The notes under the pieces: generated by a model | The model's database searches: none | The model's input: only the letters and a program-made list of their open reading frames with translations | What the model was told of the DNA's origin: nothing | Source of the DNA: Paragordius varius | Lineage: Eukaryota; Animalia; Nematomorpha | Direction: 5' to 3' | Length of the DNA stretch: 64,000 bases | NCBI GenBank assembly: GCA_964247055.1 | Contig: OZ176052.1 | Span: forward strand, 12,710,001 to 12,774,000 | Made by a program: the position numbers and the translations under genes | Part shown: positions 14,261-28,635 of the stretch, piece by piece | How positions within the stretch are numbered: position 1 is the first letter of the stretch | How the letters are laid out: each line of letters opens with the position of its first letter

Positions 14261-15937
14261 TACATCTCTATTTCCTACATGCAATTTAAAAAACAATTTT
14301 TATAAAAAGTCATGAATAAAGTACAGCGGTCTTTTAAATATGTGTCTTTATATTTTTGAGTTTTCTCCGTATGATTTTAATTTTCGATTCTTTTAAAAAA
14401 GTCAGCTGTGAAAAAGGAAGATTTTTATTAACTATTATTTATATTAACTCATTAATCCATTATTTAAACGTGGGTAACCTTTATCAATACCACTTTTCAT
14501 TCAAGCTCAACAGTTTTCTAACTAAACTCAACTATTCACAGACTTAAAACCTTGAACTTCCAATCAATTTTTTATTTTAAAAATTTTAATTAAATATAAG
14601 TTGTAAAATTTAAAACATTTTTAAATGATTAATGTTTGGCCGCTTTAATTAAAGTATTTAGCTTTCCATATATTTGGCTTGTTAAAATGGATTTAAATTT
14701 TTTCGTAGTATAATTCTTAAAACCAATTTTTTATGCCTCTTAAAAAAATCAATAAAAAAAACTTAATTGTAAGGCAATGACAATTAAAAAATAGCTGTCA
14801 GTATACTTTTTATTATTGGTGCTATATCCATGTAATCCAAGCTTATATGTTTTAAGTTAAAAACAATAATAATTATCTTTAATTTTATCAAAATCAAAAT
14901 AACCTTATAATTTCAGTAAAAATTCTAATTATACGGACAAAACCTAAAAAAAGAAAGACAAATATTTAATAGAACCATACTTTTTAAACCTTTATTTATC
15001 CTATAAAAATCATTAATTATAATCCTAAAATATATAATTAATTTTTTTACCAATAAATTTATATTTTATATGTACTTAAAAACAATGAAGTTATATTTAA
15101 AAAATCAACATTTACAATGGTGTTTCTTAGAAAAAATATTTGAATTTTATATTGTTACATTTTATCCTCATAATTTTAACTACCCAATGCTAAATTTCTT
15201 TCAATGAAAAAAAGTTGAATTTGGAAAATATCGAGTTTAATTAAAGTTTTTGGTTGATAAGTGCCGTTTTATTTAAAATTGATGTACATGAAAAACGGTT
15301 TTAATAAAAATGGGAAATAGTTATTATTAAGAGGCGCAATGTAAATATAAGTCTCTGCCCTACAATGCATTGTTTTATATGAAAACCACACAAAAGTCAG
15401 ATTTTTTGCTTTAATTTTATCTCAAGATTATTTAGAAAAAATATATTTAATCTAAATAAAATACCGTAAAAATTTTGTATGAAACGTGCGACATTCGATT
15501 TGGATTTATAATAAAACTGATAAAAGAATTTAATAATTATTTATCCATTTCATTTCGATGTTTATTATACTGAGACGTCTAATCGAAAGGCATGAAATAA
15601 TAATTCATTTTTTTCACATCGTGATATCATCCATGTAAAACGAACCCTTAAAATATATCACTCAATAATAACCAAATATTTTTGTATCCAAAAATTAAAA
15701 ATGACGCTTTTTTTCATGATATTAATTTCCAATTATGAAGATACAAATTATTAAAACATTTAATTTTAATTCATATTTCAGTTAAATTTAATTATACTTT
15801 TTTAAACTTTATCGATTTCTTATATCAACTGTGCGATAGAAGGGATCAGAAAAAGCTTTAAAATTATATATCATTCGATTGAAAGATAAGTAGAATGATT
15901 TATATTATCTTCGCTATTGTTAAAATTAAAAATGGAA

Positions 15938-17851
15938 TATATCATTTGCACTTCAAGAGTCTTGTAAACTTCAAGTTGGTCTTTAAGCATTTCAAGAGTG
16001 TCTTTGAACATTCAAAATGGTCTCAAGTTGGTATTTGAGCACTTAGGTTGGTCCTGCTTTAAGTGGTCTTTTTTTAAATTTGGATAAACTACTTTTTAAT
16101 TTATTATATATATATATATATTTATATTCAGTTAAAAATAAATTTTTTTTCAAAAGGGACTTTTTCTGTTTAAATTTTTTTTAAAATTTAACAAAATTAT
16201 TAACTTATAGATGTGTTTAATGAAAAATTGGAAATAACCCAGAAAACATATATATTTTTTAATTACGTGTTATAATCTTATAAATATAAAAAATAAATTT
16301 TAGGAAATTAATAAAGTTATACGGTGTCTAAGTTATTAAAAATTGATATTGTTTTTAAGTTTATGGAAAATAAAGAAAATAGGTTAAAAATATTAGATTC
16401 GATTGATAAAATTTAAAAACAAAACAAAGAAGTTAAAGAAATATTAAAGTGTTGCACGACTTGAAGTGTTTAAGACCAAATTAGATTTTTAAATCATACT
16501 TTGTAAATGTTTTTTAATATTAATCATTGTTTTAAATTAGATTATAATAGATAACAATTGGCACTTCAAGAGTGTCCCTGAAGTAGGTCCTGGAACATTT
16601 GAAGAGTGTTTTGTATACAAGTTGGTCCTAACTTTTTTGTTTGGCTTTTGACTCTTATTAATCAAATCCTATATCATTCAGATGTTTTATCATTTTGAAA
16701 CTATTTTCTATTATTAAACATAAGCTTTTAATTAATATCATATTTTATAATTCGGAAACCGGATATCTTTATTAATTTTTTATATTTTATATATTTAAAG
16801 ATTTTTAAACGTAATTAAAAAATATATATAAGTTTTTTGGGATTAACACATTTATATTATAATTTTTAAAATTGGAAAAATCATTTTGAAACAAAAAGTG
16901 GTTTATGAAGAAAATTTTTTATTTTAAAATGAATAAATATATAATAAATTAAAAATTTGGCCAAAAAAATAAAAAAAATAAATGAAAAAATATTAAAAGT
17001 TAGCATTAACTCGAAGTGTTAAAGGGCCAACTTGAAGTGTTCAAGGACCATAAAATCAGAAACCGCTTGAGGTGTTCAAGGACCCTCTTGAAGTGCATAT
17101 GGTAAAATTGAAAAAAATGTAAGTTGTCCGGGTTATTAATTATTTTTACTTAAAAATGTTATAATTGAATATTTTGAACTGGAAAAAACTAGTTCAATAT
17201 AAAAAAGTGATTTTCAAATGAAAAAGATTAATTTAAATGAATCAATAGAAAATTAGGTTAAAAATAATTAAATAAAATTAATGCAAAATTTATGGTTAAA
17301 TCCAAACTTAAAAGTTACGTTGAAATGTTCGACCAACTTGAAATGTTCAGATACCAATTTTAAGTGTTCGAGGACCAACTTGAATTCAACGAGCAACTTG
17401 ACCTGAACATTCAAGTTGGTATTTGAACATTTCAAGCTCCTTAAAACTTTAAGTTTGGATTCAACAATAAATTTTGCATAAATTATTTATCTAATTATTT
17501 TTAACCTAATTTTCTTATTTATATATAATAATCATTAGAAATAATATTTTCCTTTAACAATTTTTGGTATCAGGCTAATTTTCAATTCAACAATATTATT
17601 TTGTTCGAAATGTTTCTAACCAAAAAATATAATTTACCCGGAAAACTTCATTTTTTTTGATTATGTTATTATAATTAAAATATCTTCTCAGAACTTAACA
17701 AAGATAAATGATTTCTGAGTTGAGCTTTTAAAAGTTTGGTTAAATCTAGATAATAGATTAAAAATAAAATATATATACACGGTTTACTTGATTATATTAA
17801 ATTTTTGAAGAATCAACTTGTGTTCAAGGACACTCTTACGTGCAAATTATA
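15938..17851. mobile_element. Cluster of family-A MITEs (TA-flanked, 21-bp subterminal repeats) in both orientations
   Basis: Ends TATATCATTTGCACTTCAAGAG (15938), GGCACTTCAAGAGTGTCC (16560), CTTGAAGTGCATATGGTA (17087) and GGACACTCTTACGTGCAAAT (17828). GGACCAACTTGAAGTGTTCAA repeats; inversion point near 17400. Confidence 0.75.
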
Positions 17852-19344
17852 TTCCTTTAGCTTTTCAACAATTTCCCTCGATATTATGCGACCAGACTCG
17901 GCTTTTTAAATTTACTACTGATTTTAAATAGCTAAAATTTGATCAAAAATGATTTTTAAGCTGATGGATGTATCTCATACATATAAAATTAGAAAACTTT
18001 TAGTATATTTCATATATCAAATTGCATTATTATTTGAATATTCGTTAAAAAAAGCCTTAAATAAAAAAATATATCAGTACATATTTAGATGAAACATTGA
18101 CTATAAAGGCACTATAAAACCTTTTAATTTCGAGTTTTAAAAAAATTATATATTTTTGTAAAGTCATTTATTATTCAAAAGGCTTTGAATGTCTCTAAAG
18201 AAAAAGAAGCCAAAAACAGCATTTTAGAATAAATGTATACCAAATATTAAGATTAGTCACTAATTTTCGATTGATTTATTTTTTAGGTATTTATTTTTTA
18301 ATAAACATACAGTTATCGCATCCATAATGCCATTAATTTCATTAGTGATAAAATTTTCTAATATTATTTTTTATCAAAAATGTTATATAACAGCCATTAA
18401 GTTCTTTGTATTTACTATTTAATTCACAATACCAACTATAAAATAGTGTGCATTGCAAATTAACTGTTAATTTAAATAAAAGACTGTAACAAAAAATTAA
18501 AATAAATTTATAAAGGATGAAACATGCTTATTAAACGTTTTAAAATCTTTTTAAAGTCAGAAAGTGTTGATTTTGAACATAAAATGTTAGTGGGTTGGAA
18601 CTAGTATTGAGTTTGGTTAGCAATATATTGGCGATTGGAAGTATAGAGTACAGGTGGAAAAGTGTTTGATTAAAAGCATACTAAAAAAATTTAATTATGC
18701 TGTAAAAGATTTAAAACTTTTGTTTCTATTTCTTATTTTCTCTATAACTCAAGCTTTATCCCAAATAAACACCTCTTCAATAGACTCAACACTTACCAAC
18801 ATTTCAATAAAACTACATATTAATAATCAATCAATATTTTATTCATAATGATCAACACTCATTTAAACCCAATATTAAACTTAAATATTTTTTGGGCTAA
18901 TTAAATAGTTAATAACCAATTTTAATAAGATATTTTCGAGCTATTTTGTCAAAAAATATTTAAATTTTAAACACTGTATAGCGCACACATTATTTTATAT
19001 ATTTACGAGTTTTAATTATAATTTTTTGTTAAATTTATTTAGTTAGTATCACTGCCTAGCAATATCTTAATTTATTTTTAATGCATAAAACCAATTATTT
19101 CCTTCTTACGGAAAAGGGTTGGTTATTTGATAACATACTATACACTTATTCGATCAATTATATTCACAATAAAACATATTTCGAAGCCTAACTTTTCTTT
19201 GAAATCATTTTCTATAAAATTTTCATTAATTGTAATATATGGGCGGTAAGATAAGGTGTTTAGGTGGTGAGTTTGATGGGAAAAATGTTTTAATTCATTT
19301 TTGAGTTGATTATGAATGTTAAGTATGATAGGATTAATGTTTAA

Positions 19345-19660
19345 TATACCATTTGCACTTCAAGAGTGTCCTTGAACATTTTAAGTATCCTTGATTTCAA
19401 GTTGGTCCTTTAACATTTCAAGTTGGTCGTTAAAATTTTTAAATTTGTTAACCATAAAAGTTAAAACAAAATAAAAAGTCAAAGGACCAACTTGAAGTGT
19501 TAAAGGACCAACTTGAAATCAAGGACCAACTTAAAATCAAGGACCAACTTGAAGTGTTCAAGGGCCAACTGGAAGTGTTTAAGGACCAATTTGAAATGTT
19601 TAAGGACCAACTTGAAATGTTCAACGACCAACTTGAAGTGTTCAAGGACACTCGGTTATA
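19345..19660. mobile_element. Short internally deleted family-A MITE
   Basis: Left end TATACCATTTGCACTTCAAGAGTGTCC, then inverted blocks of the 21-bp repeat; right block ends CAAGGACACTC. Source of ORFs 19448 and 19513. Confidence 0.8.
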
Positions 19661-20429
19661 ATTTTTTTAACAAAGTTAATAAAATAATAAATGGATGCTA
19701 AAGAAAAAGTTTAAATATATTGAAAAATGGCAAAAATTAAGTTTTAGCTTTGACTTGTGATTTAAAATATAGTCTTTAATAAAAGTAGAAATTCTATATT
19801 ATTTCTCCTTTTTTAATTTAAACTCCACTTAAACCAAAATCAATTCAAACCTTATTTCTAGCCAAAGACTTTTCCAGGCAAACTTATGGTTTTTTCATTT
19901 AAACACAAAACATATATTTGACTAACAACTTTCTTTTTTATGCGTTTCTAAATTTAAGTGAGATTTAACATTTGTATTTCCCTGCTTTATTTAGTCAAAT
20001 TTACTAATTTTGCATTATATAATGTTTAATTAATACAGGATTTTGAAATCACGATGACATTGAACGTATATTTGAGGGATAATACTTAAAATTTTCTTAA
20101 TTTGAAAAAATAATATAAATAAAATTAATGATATAATTTATCAATGTGCATATGACCCCCATATGTAATGACTTAAAAATAAAAAAATATAAAGATTACA
20201 TATTAATAAAAATCAGAACGTCAGCAAGATAGTGTCATGTAAAGTATGAATACAAATGAAAAAGTGTTTATGATTGGAAAAAAAATAAAAAATTTTATAG
20301 GGTGTTTTATAGATCAAAAAAGTTAGGTTTGATAGGAAAAATGTTAAATATGGATAAAAAATTGAGATTATATGAAACAGTCTTAAGTTAAAAGAAGGAA
20401 TCGAAAAAGGAAAAAATACGTAAGTTTTC

Positions 20430-20590
20430 ATGTTAAAAAAAATCCATTGCTTTAGTTGTTTGATTTAGAAAGGTTAATAAAAATTGCAAAAATTTTTCAA
20501 CTTGAGTTTTTGATCCCGTCTTTTGGGTATAAAATCTTTTTGAATCGAACAACTGAGGAAATGGAATTCGGACATTCGGAAAAATTATAT
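20430..20590. mobile_element. Foldback element (family G) centred on the shared core motif
   Basis: AATCCATTGCTTTAGTTGTT pairs with AACAACTGAGGAAATGGAATT around CAACTTGAGTTTTTGATCCCGTCTTTTGGGTATAAAA. An opposite-orientation copy lies at 21825-21965. Confidence 0.65.
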
Positions 20591-21824
20591 TATTATAGAA
20601 TATACGAAATTGTGCTATTAAAAAATTTACAATAAGGGTACAAATTATTAATGGTTTCATCTCTAATTTCAACACCTTTTAATATAATCACTAAAACTAA
20701 ATGAATTTTGCAATTAAAACTCTAAAGCAAAGTAAACTTATTTTTCTAAAATATATTTTGCCATAATTTTGTATAAATTGATTGTCATCGCGCCATCTAG
20801 CCAATTCTACGTTTATTTAAAATCAAAATGGTATGAAGCCCTTTGTCTTACCAAAAAATCTTGAATAATAAATGCTCCCCAAATTAATCATTTCTCGCTT
20901 AAGAGCAATAAAAAAGGAATTGTAATCCCTATATTAAAAGCATACCAATAATATATTTTTATTATTGTATACCTTGATATTTATTTTGCACGTCAATATT
21001 AATATACTGTTTGAAAATTGCTCGATTCAAAATATATTGCTAAATTTTATTGATATGGTGTATGATCGAAAACGGGACTAAAATATTTTGATTAAATTTA
21101 AGAGTATAAGCTAGATCATATTAAACCATTATAAACCTTTTATCCATATTGCCTCTGAAAAAATTCTCCGTATGATGAAATGGGTACATGGCAATATTTT
21201 TCCTAATCACTCAGATATGTAAGTAATAAAAAAGAAAAATTTATATATGGGCACAGTCATGTGAATTAAACGTTTTTTTAGCCATTTAATTTATCGCATT
21301 ATATGTTCAAATGATGTAGCTCATACCCTAACTTTGTAATCAAATATTTGGGTCCAACTTAAAGTTTTGATCCCGGAAAAATTATATTAAATCAAGAAAA
21401 TTTAGCAATACATTTCGTATCAACAAATTATAATAGATAATATACTTATTATTCACATTGCGCGTAAAATATTAATCAAGGACAAAACTATTTTGAAAAA
21501 AAAGTATCATTCTTATTTATATTTCAGAGCTTTTCAACAATTTCACTTTAAATGCTCGTGGCGAAAAATGGTAATGGCACAATTTTCAAGATTTTAAACC
21601 ATTTTGATTTCTTAAAAGAAACGCAAAATTGGCTGGCCGCGATAATTTTAAATTTATAATATATGGCAAAAAATTATTTGAAAAATACATTTCTTTGCTT
21701 AATTTGGTTACTTTTTGTGGTATCTTGAAACATGTTGGAAATGATATAGCAAGTAATTTTGATACTTTTATTTGATGGCAAATTTTGTATACTTATATAA
21801 TAATATATACCTTTCCAAATATCT

Positions 21825-21965
21825 GATTTTCGATTCCATTTCCCCAGTTGTTTAATTTAGAAAGCTTTTACCTGAAAGCCGGGGTCAAAAACTTTTGGAA
21901 TTGTAACCTTCCAGTATATCCACTTCCCAAATTAAACAACTAAGGCGATGGAATTATTTAATTCG
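21825..21965. mobile_element. Foldback element (family G), reverse copy
   Basis: TTCCATTTCCCCAGTTGTTTAATTT pairs with AAATTAAACAACTAAGGCGATGGAA; loop TTTTACCTGAAAGCCGGGGTCAAAAACTT. Confidence 0.65.
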
Positions 21966-22299
21966 AATACATAGAAAACTCATTATTTTAATTTTTCATT
22001 ACGTTTTTCACTCCTTTATATAAATTCAATTTTTTAACATATTCAATATTTTAATATCAAACTTAACTTTTCAAGACTTTATTAAAATAATATTTATTAT
22101 GATTAGTTACCTACTTTACGGAACTAATTTAAAAATATTTTTAAGCATGTTAAATGTTAATAAGTTATAATCACTAAAACTTGTGGTGACTTTTTATTAA
22201 TGGAAATTTTTTTAATTGATTTCCTATTTTTAAGTCAAAAACATTTTACATATGTCATACTATCAATAAAATTTTTTTAATTTATACTCTTTTTACCCA

Positions 22300-25290
22300 T
22301 TAAGAAACTATTTTTCATGCAAAAACAACATTTTTTAACCAAGCGCAACATTTTTTCAAACAAACACCACATTTTTTTAAACAAAGATAACTTTTTCATC
22401 CAAACGTAACATTTTTTAAGCAAAACATTAATAAAAAATAATTTTTTTAAATTAAAACGATTTTTTTATTTTAACAATGCCATTTTATTTTAAGTTAATA
22501 TAATAAAATTTTATCATTGAATTATGATTTTTATTGTTTCATCAATTGATGGTAAATTGATTGATTTTCTAACATTTTAATTTTGCCCATAAATTTATTA
22601 TTTATTTATAATTATTTTTGTCTATTACAATTTTAGTTTCTTTAATCAATTTAAATTCGCGATTTAAGATGTGAAAGTTTAAAATTGTATTTCGCTTTGG
22701 TCCTTACATTATTGCAGTTATATAACCGTTATTTTTGTTCATAATTATCTATTTATTCAAGTTAAATCTAATATCTTTATATAATAGTATACCATTTGCA
22801 CTTCAAGAGTGTCCTTAAACACTTCAAGTTGGTCCTTGAACAATTTAAATTGGTCCTTGAACAGTTCAAGTTGGTCCTTGAACAGTTCAAGTTGGTCCTT
22901 GAACAGCTCAAGTTGGTGCTTGAACATTTCAGGTTGGTCCTTAAAATTTATAAATTTTGATTTAACCAAAATTTTTGCATTTATTTTTTAATTTTATTAT
23001 TTATTAACCTAATTTTCTTTATTTATTATATATTTATTCATTTAAAAATAAAAATTATTGAATAACCACTTTTTTGTTTCAAACTATTTTTTTCAATTGA
23101 ACAAAATTATTGACTTTTAAATGTTTTTAGTGAATTTTAATTAATAATCCATAAAACTTATATATTTTTTCGTTTCGTGCTAAATCTCATAAATATACCA
23201 TTTGCATTTCAAGAGTGTCCTTGAACACTTCAAGTTGGTCCTTTGACTTTTTTGTTTTGTTTTAAATTTTATCAATCAAATCGTAAATAATTCATCTATT
23301 TTATTTTTTTACCTATTTTCTATTATTTACATAAATTTTAAATCGATATAAACTTTTAATCTTTGAGAAACCGTATATCGTTTTTCTTAAAATAATTTTG
23401 GATATTTATAAGATTTAGCACGAAATGAAAAAATATATAAGTTTTCTGGGTTATTAATTAAAATCTTTTATTAAAAACATTTAAAAGTCAATAATTATGT
23501 TCAATTAGTGGTTTTTCAATAATTTTTATTTTTAAATTAATAAATATAATAAGTAAAGAAAATTAGATTAATAAATAATTAAATAATAAATGCAAAAATT
23601 TTGGTTAAATCAAAATTTATAAATTTTAAGGACCACCTTGAAGTGTTCAAGGACCAACTTGAAATGTTCAAGGACCATCTTGAAGTGTTCGAGGACACTC
23701 TTGCAAATGGTATAGATGAATTATTTACGATTTGATTGATAAAAATTAAAAACAAAACAAAAAAGTCAAAAGACCAACTTGAAGTGTTCAAGGACCAACT
23801 TGAAATGTTCAAGGACCAACTTGAAATGAAGGACCAACTTCAAGAGTGTTCAAAGACACTCTTGAAGTGTAAATGGTATATTGTTATATTAAAAATTAAT
23901 ATTCTCTTAGTAAAAACAACTTTATTTGTTTAGAACTAATTTTCTAAAATACTACAAGTGGTCCTTCAATATTTTAATTTTCATTCTAACTTTTATTAAT
24001 TAACCAATTAATTATTAATCTATCCTATCCTAAACCCACTTTATTTAACCTAAACTAAATACCATCTTTTTTTCATAAGAACCGTATATCTTAATTATTT
24101 TTTCTGAAATTTCTTTAACAATATATAATACTAAGATTTGTGGGATATTGATTATATTTAACTTAAAACATTAATAGTTAAATTAAAGAAAATTAGTTGG
24201 AAACAAATAAATGAATATATTAATTTTTTTTAAAAATACTAAATAAAGATTAGTTTAAATAAAAAAATAGATAATTTCATTACGAAAATAACGGTTGTAT
24301 GCAAGCTGCAAAAAATGTAAGAACCAATTTTAAGTGAAGGACTCTTTAAACTTTCTAAAACACTCTTGAAGCGCCAATCGTATAGATTAATCAGGTGAAA
24401 CTAAAGTTGTAAAAGAAAAAAATAATAATATAAATAAATAATGCAATTTATGGGCAAATTTAAAATGTTTAACAATTTACCATCAAATATTGATGATAAA
24501 ACAATAAATATCGTAATTACGCTAAAATTATATTATATAAACATAAAATTAAATAAATACTTTATAATTAAATTGTCATAAATAATTTTTAATTTTAAAA
24601 AATTGTTGTTTTGGTTGAAAAAATATTGCGTTTGTTTGAAAAATTTGTTTTTGCATGGTAATAAAGAATTAATGTAAAATTACAATCATTTACCCACATA
24701 GATCCTTTTAAGTATAGTTAAGTTTTTTTAGAAAATTATAAGGATATACGGTTTTTATGAAAAAAAGTTGGTACTCATTTAAAGGTTTAGAAATAAAGAG
24801 AATAGGTTTTAAATGATAGGATAGATGAATGTTTTATTGCTTCATTAATAAAAGTTAGAATCAAAATTATTATATGAAGGACCACTTGAAGTGTTCAAGG
24901 TCCAACTTCAAAAAAACTTCAAAAACATTCTTGAAGCGCAAATTGTATAGATTGATTATAGGCGAAACTAAACTTGTAAATAAAAATTACAAATAAATGA
25001 TGCAATTTATGGGCAAATTAAAATGTTTGAAAATCAATCTTACCATCAAATATTGATGTTAAATATAATTCAACGCTAAAACTTTATTATATTAACTTAA
25101 AAATATATAAATTAATATTAAATTGTCATTAAATAGAAAAACCCTTTTTAATTTTAAAAAAATTATTGTTTTTACTTAAAAAATTTGTTTTTGCTTAAAA
25201 AAATGTTGCGTTTGGATGAAAAAAGTTGTCTTTGGTTGAAAATATGTTGCGTTTGGTAGAAGCAATGTTGTTTTGCATGAAAAATGATAA
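22300..25290. mobile_element. Foldback element with ~22-bp minisatellite arms enclosing the nested family-A MITEs
   Basis: CCAAGCGCAACATTTTTT-type repeats at 22310-22430 are inverted relative to AAAAAATGTTGCGTTTGG repeats at 25180-25285 and 24600-24660. TTGCCCATAAATT (22582) pairs with AATTTATGGGCAA (24445 and 25004, so the right arm is duplicated). Confidence 0.7.
22788..23880. mobile_element. Two nested family-A MITEs: a forward copy (23194-23714) inside a reverse copy (22788-23880)
   Basis: Left TIRs at 22788 and 23194, right TIRs ending 23714 and 23880. 22788-23193 is the reverse complement of 23405-23714. 23715-23880 is the reverse complement of the start of the inner copy. Confidence 0.85.
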
Positions 25291-27124
25291 ATCCAATCTA
25301 AAGTCCTGTAAATTTAATAAAATTAATGAAAATTTAGATGTTTTAACTATGATCAAAAAAGTTAGGAAAACCAAAAATATTGATCGTTAGACAAAATCCT
25401 GTTTTGAGTTTAAGGAAAAAAAATGTTTACAGTTTTACTAGAAGAGACTTTGGTGAAAAAATTGATTATTAAGGTTAAAGTTTAAAAGAAATTTGATTTT
25501 ATAAAAAAGGATTCAAAAATTTATTTTATGAGAAAGTTTTTGAAAGAGTTAGAAGAATAAAAAAACGCAATTTTTTTCATAAAAATTGATATTATGCTAA
25601 ATTTGTATGCCACCTTTCGAATATTTCATAAATTTCATTTTTTTATTAAATTATTAATTTAAGCATGTTCAAAAAACTTATTTTCGGTTAGAATTATGAA
25701 ATTTATTAAAAATATTTGGTTATTCAATTAGATTATTACACTAATTATGAATATAATCGATTTTTTTGATCAAGATTATAAAGTATTTTATTAAAATAAG
25801 TTTCCTATAGATAGGGTTTTGGTTTGCAGTTTATATCAATAAAATTAGTTGAATTTATAATTAAGTGTTGAATATAAAAGAGCTTTATTTGGAAAATTGT
25901 TTTGTTGGGTGGGAAAATAGTTTTGATCATAAAGGTGTTGAGTTTTGATGCATTTATGATAAAGTGTTAAGATGTTTAAATAAATAATTATTTATCCTTA
26001 CATATTTATAATTTTTATTTATATTATGCTGAAAAATCATTTTTTTATAAAGCCTTTTTAGACGCGTTTATCAGCTCTTAATATATTGTATTCATATCAA
26101 AATCAAAAAATTATTTAGAACAGAACACGTATCCCATTCTAACTCACCATTTAATCAAACTCATCTTTTTCTGCCAATTCAATTATTTTAATTTAAGTTT
26201 TATTTAAAATTATTTTTAGACAAGCGTAAGGCGTGGAAATATGTTTTTTTGTGAATATAATTGATCGAATTTGGTTTGAGGTTGGACTTAAACAAACGAA
26301 CTCTTTTTCAATTAAAGGAAAGAATTGGATTCATGCACTTTAAAAAAATAAATATCATCATTTAGACAGTGATCTAATATGAATCTTAAAAATCTCAAAT
26401 AACAAATGTTTACAATTTTGTGAGATATACATTTAAAATTTTCCTACATGTTTTTTTAACTTAATAAAAAAATCAAATTGAAAATATGACTTAGTATGAT
26501 TTTTAGTTAACATTTTATAATCAAAAATATTTTCGTTCATTATGGACTTGAATATTCTTTAAATGCCGATTTTAAATGGAAAAGTATACACTGGTCGCAA
26601 TGTTAAGTTGTTAAATAAGTGTTGATTTTCAAAAGAATAATTAAGTTAGAACGAAAATGGGAATATTGTGTTATGAAAATTTTTTTACGCTAAAGTGCCA
26701 TTTTACCTCACGAAAGTATTTTGAGTCTATAACTTAAATTTTAGATTTTATGATTTAAAATTATGGCATTTAAATACTTTCCTAACTGTACTCAATTTCA
26801 ATTATCAACATATTTCTAACCAAACTAAACATTAGTTCTACCACTAACCTTTTATTATAAACTCAACATTTTTAATCAACCAAAAAAAATATATTTACAC
26901 GTTTAATAAGCATGTATTGTCCCTTAACCTTAAATATAGAGATTTTGAGTTAAATGTAATGAAAATTCGAATTAATTTGCAAGCATTAAAATAATAAATA
27001 TAAGAACTAAATTGTAAGCCTGTTAGAAAACATTGATTCAAAATATATTTGAAAATTAATTTTTACTATTTAATATGAATATTATTGTAATCTATATATT
27101 CTGCAAAATGAAAAAATAAATTTA

Positions 27125-28635
27125 ACATTTTCACTTTTTTGTCCTAGTTCACCTTTCGGAGTAGCTTTAAAGCTTTATATCCCAGGCTCAATTATGTAAA
27201 TAAACTTTTGAAATTTATATCAAACATTGTTCTCTGGTATTAGATAAAAATTATATTTGTTACAGTTTTGTGTCTTCTAGAGTCTAGAATTCAAACAGCT
27301 CCAAAACGCGATTGAAACGAACTACTTACACTAAAATTAATATATCATTTTTGCTGAAAATGTAGTCGAAAACTTTTTTAAAGTCAATTATTCACATTTT
27401 TTAACCATATACATATATTTACCTGTTGCATTGGCGATATAATAGAAATAAAAAAGTTTGTCACAATATTTTAAGTTTTTGTAAATAAAAATTATTTATG
27501 CGCCTAAAAGGCTAAAGAAAGTATATTTTAAATTCGGCCTACTATAAATACTTTTTAACATCCAAATTCTAAATGGCTCTGGGATACAAATTACCAAAAT
27601 TATTGATATGTCAAAAAACATATCGATCAAAACTTAGCGATCGTTTGACATTAATACACCGTTGAGCTTTTATATATAGCCTATCGACACCTTCTGTAAT
27701 ATATAAAACATAAGACTAAACTCAAAGTTTTCCTACCATACTCTAAACTTTTTATTTAAATTAAACACTAATTTTAGTTAATAAAACTTTTTAAAAAAAC
27801 TAGTAAACTACAAATTTTATATACCGGGGGTTTTTATTACGGCCCTCCCAGATATCATGCGTAACCCACGAATTCGGAAGCCTACAATTTAGAAAATTTT
27901 GCTGACAAAATTTTGGTAAAATCATTGACATTTTTTATATAAATTTTCTTAATAAGTCTATCCTATCCAACGAATAAGAAAACATTGTGTCCCGCTTATA
28001 TTCCTATCTAAAAATATATTAATATATTACACATATATATTTTTTAACTGTTGTCCACCAGATTTTTTGAGTAAAAAATGCGGAAAGCGAAGTCATTAGT
28101 GGTCCCGGTATAGACCCTTTATCACTCCGTTACTTTCTAGTTTCATATCCCAGAGAAAAATAAAATTTGAATATCTTAAAAGTAAAGATAGCAGGCCGAA
28201 TTTATATACATGCTTTCTTTAACCTTTTAGGCGCATTATACAAAAATGTTTTTCTAAAAATAAAATTTAAAAAATCCTCATCTCAAACTTTTTTGCTGCC
28301 ATATTATAATTTTTTTTTATCCCTAATGCAAAGGATATATGTTTATTATAGTTAGACAATGTTTAATGTTTTACTTTATAAAGCTGTCAGGCTAGATTTT
28401 CCTGCAAAAACTTAATATATTGATTTTAGTATCAGCTGTTCGTTTCTATCGTTTGTCCGAATTTTAGACTTTAGAACAAAACTGTAAAGATTAGCCTTTT
28501 GCTAATGCATGAGAACAATGTTTAATAATTAAATTTATATAAAATTATTTCAAAACTCTAGTTTTACAAAATTAAACTCTGGGACATAAAATTACCCGAA
28601 AGGTAAACTAGGGAAAAAAAAGTGAAAAGATAATG
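27125..28635. mobile_element. ~1.5-kb foldback element with ~480-bp imperfect arms and a more GC-rich loop
   Basis: TTTTTGTCCTAGTTCACCTTTCGG (27136) pairs with CCGAAAGGTAAACTAGGGAAAAA (28596). TGCGCCTAAAAGGCTAAAGAAAG..AAATTCGGCCT (27499-27540) pairs with AGGCCGAATTT..CTTTCTTTAACCTTTTAGGCGCA (28192-28235). Confidence 0.8.

Noticed and set aside
19448-23933. ORFs with heptad-like repeats (KDQLEVF, SSWSLN, SRTNLKC) suggesting a coiled-coil protein
   Set aside because: They are translations of the 21-bp MITE subterminal repeat, occur on both strands inside TIR-bounded elements, and have no exon context.
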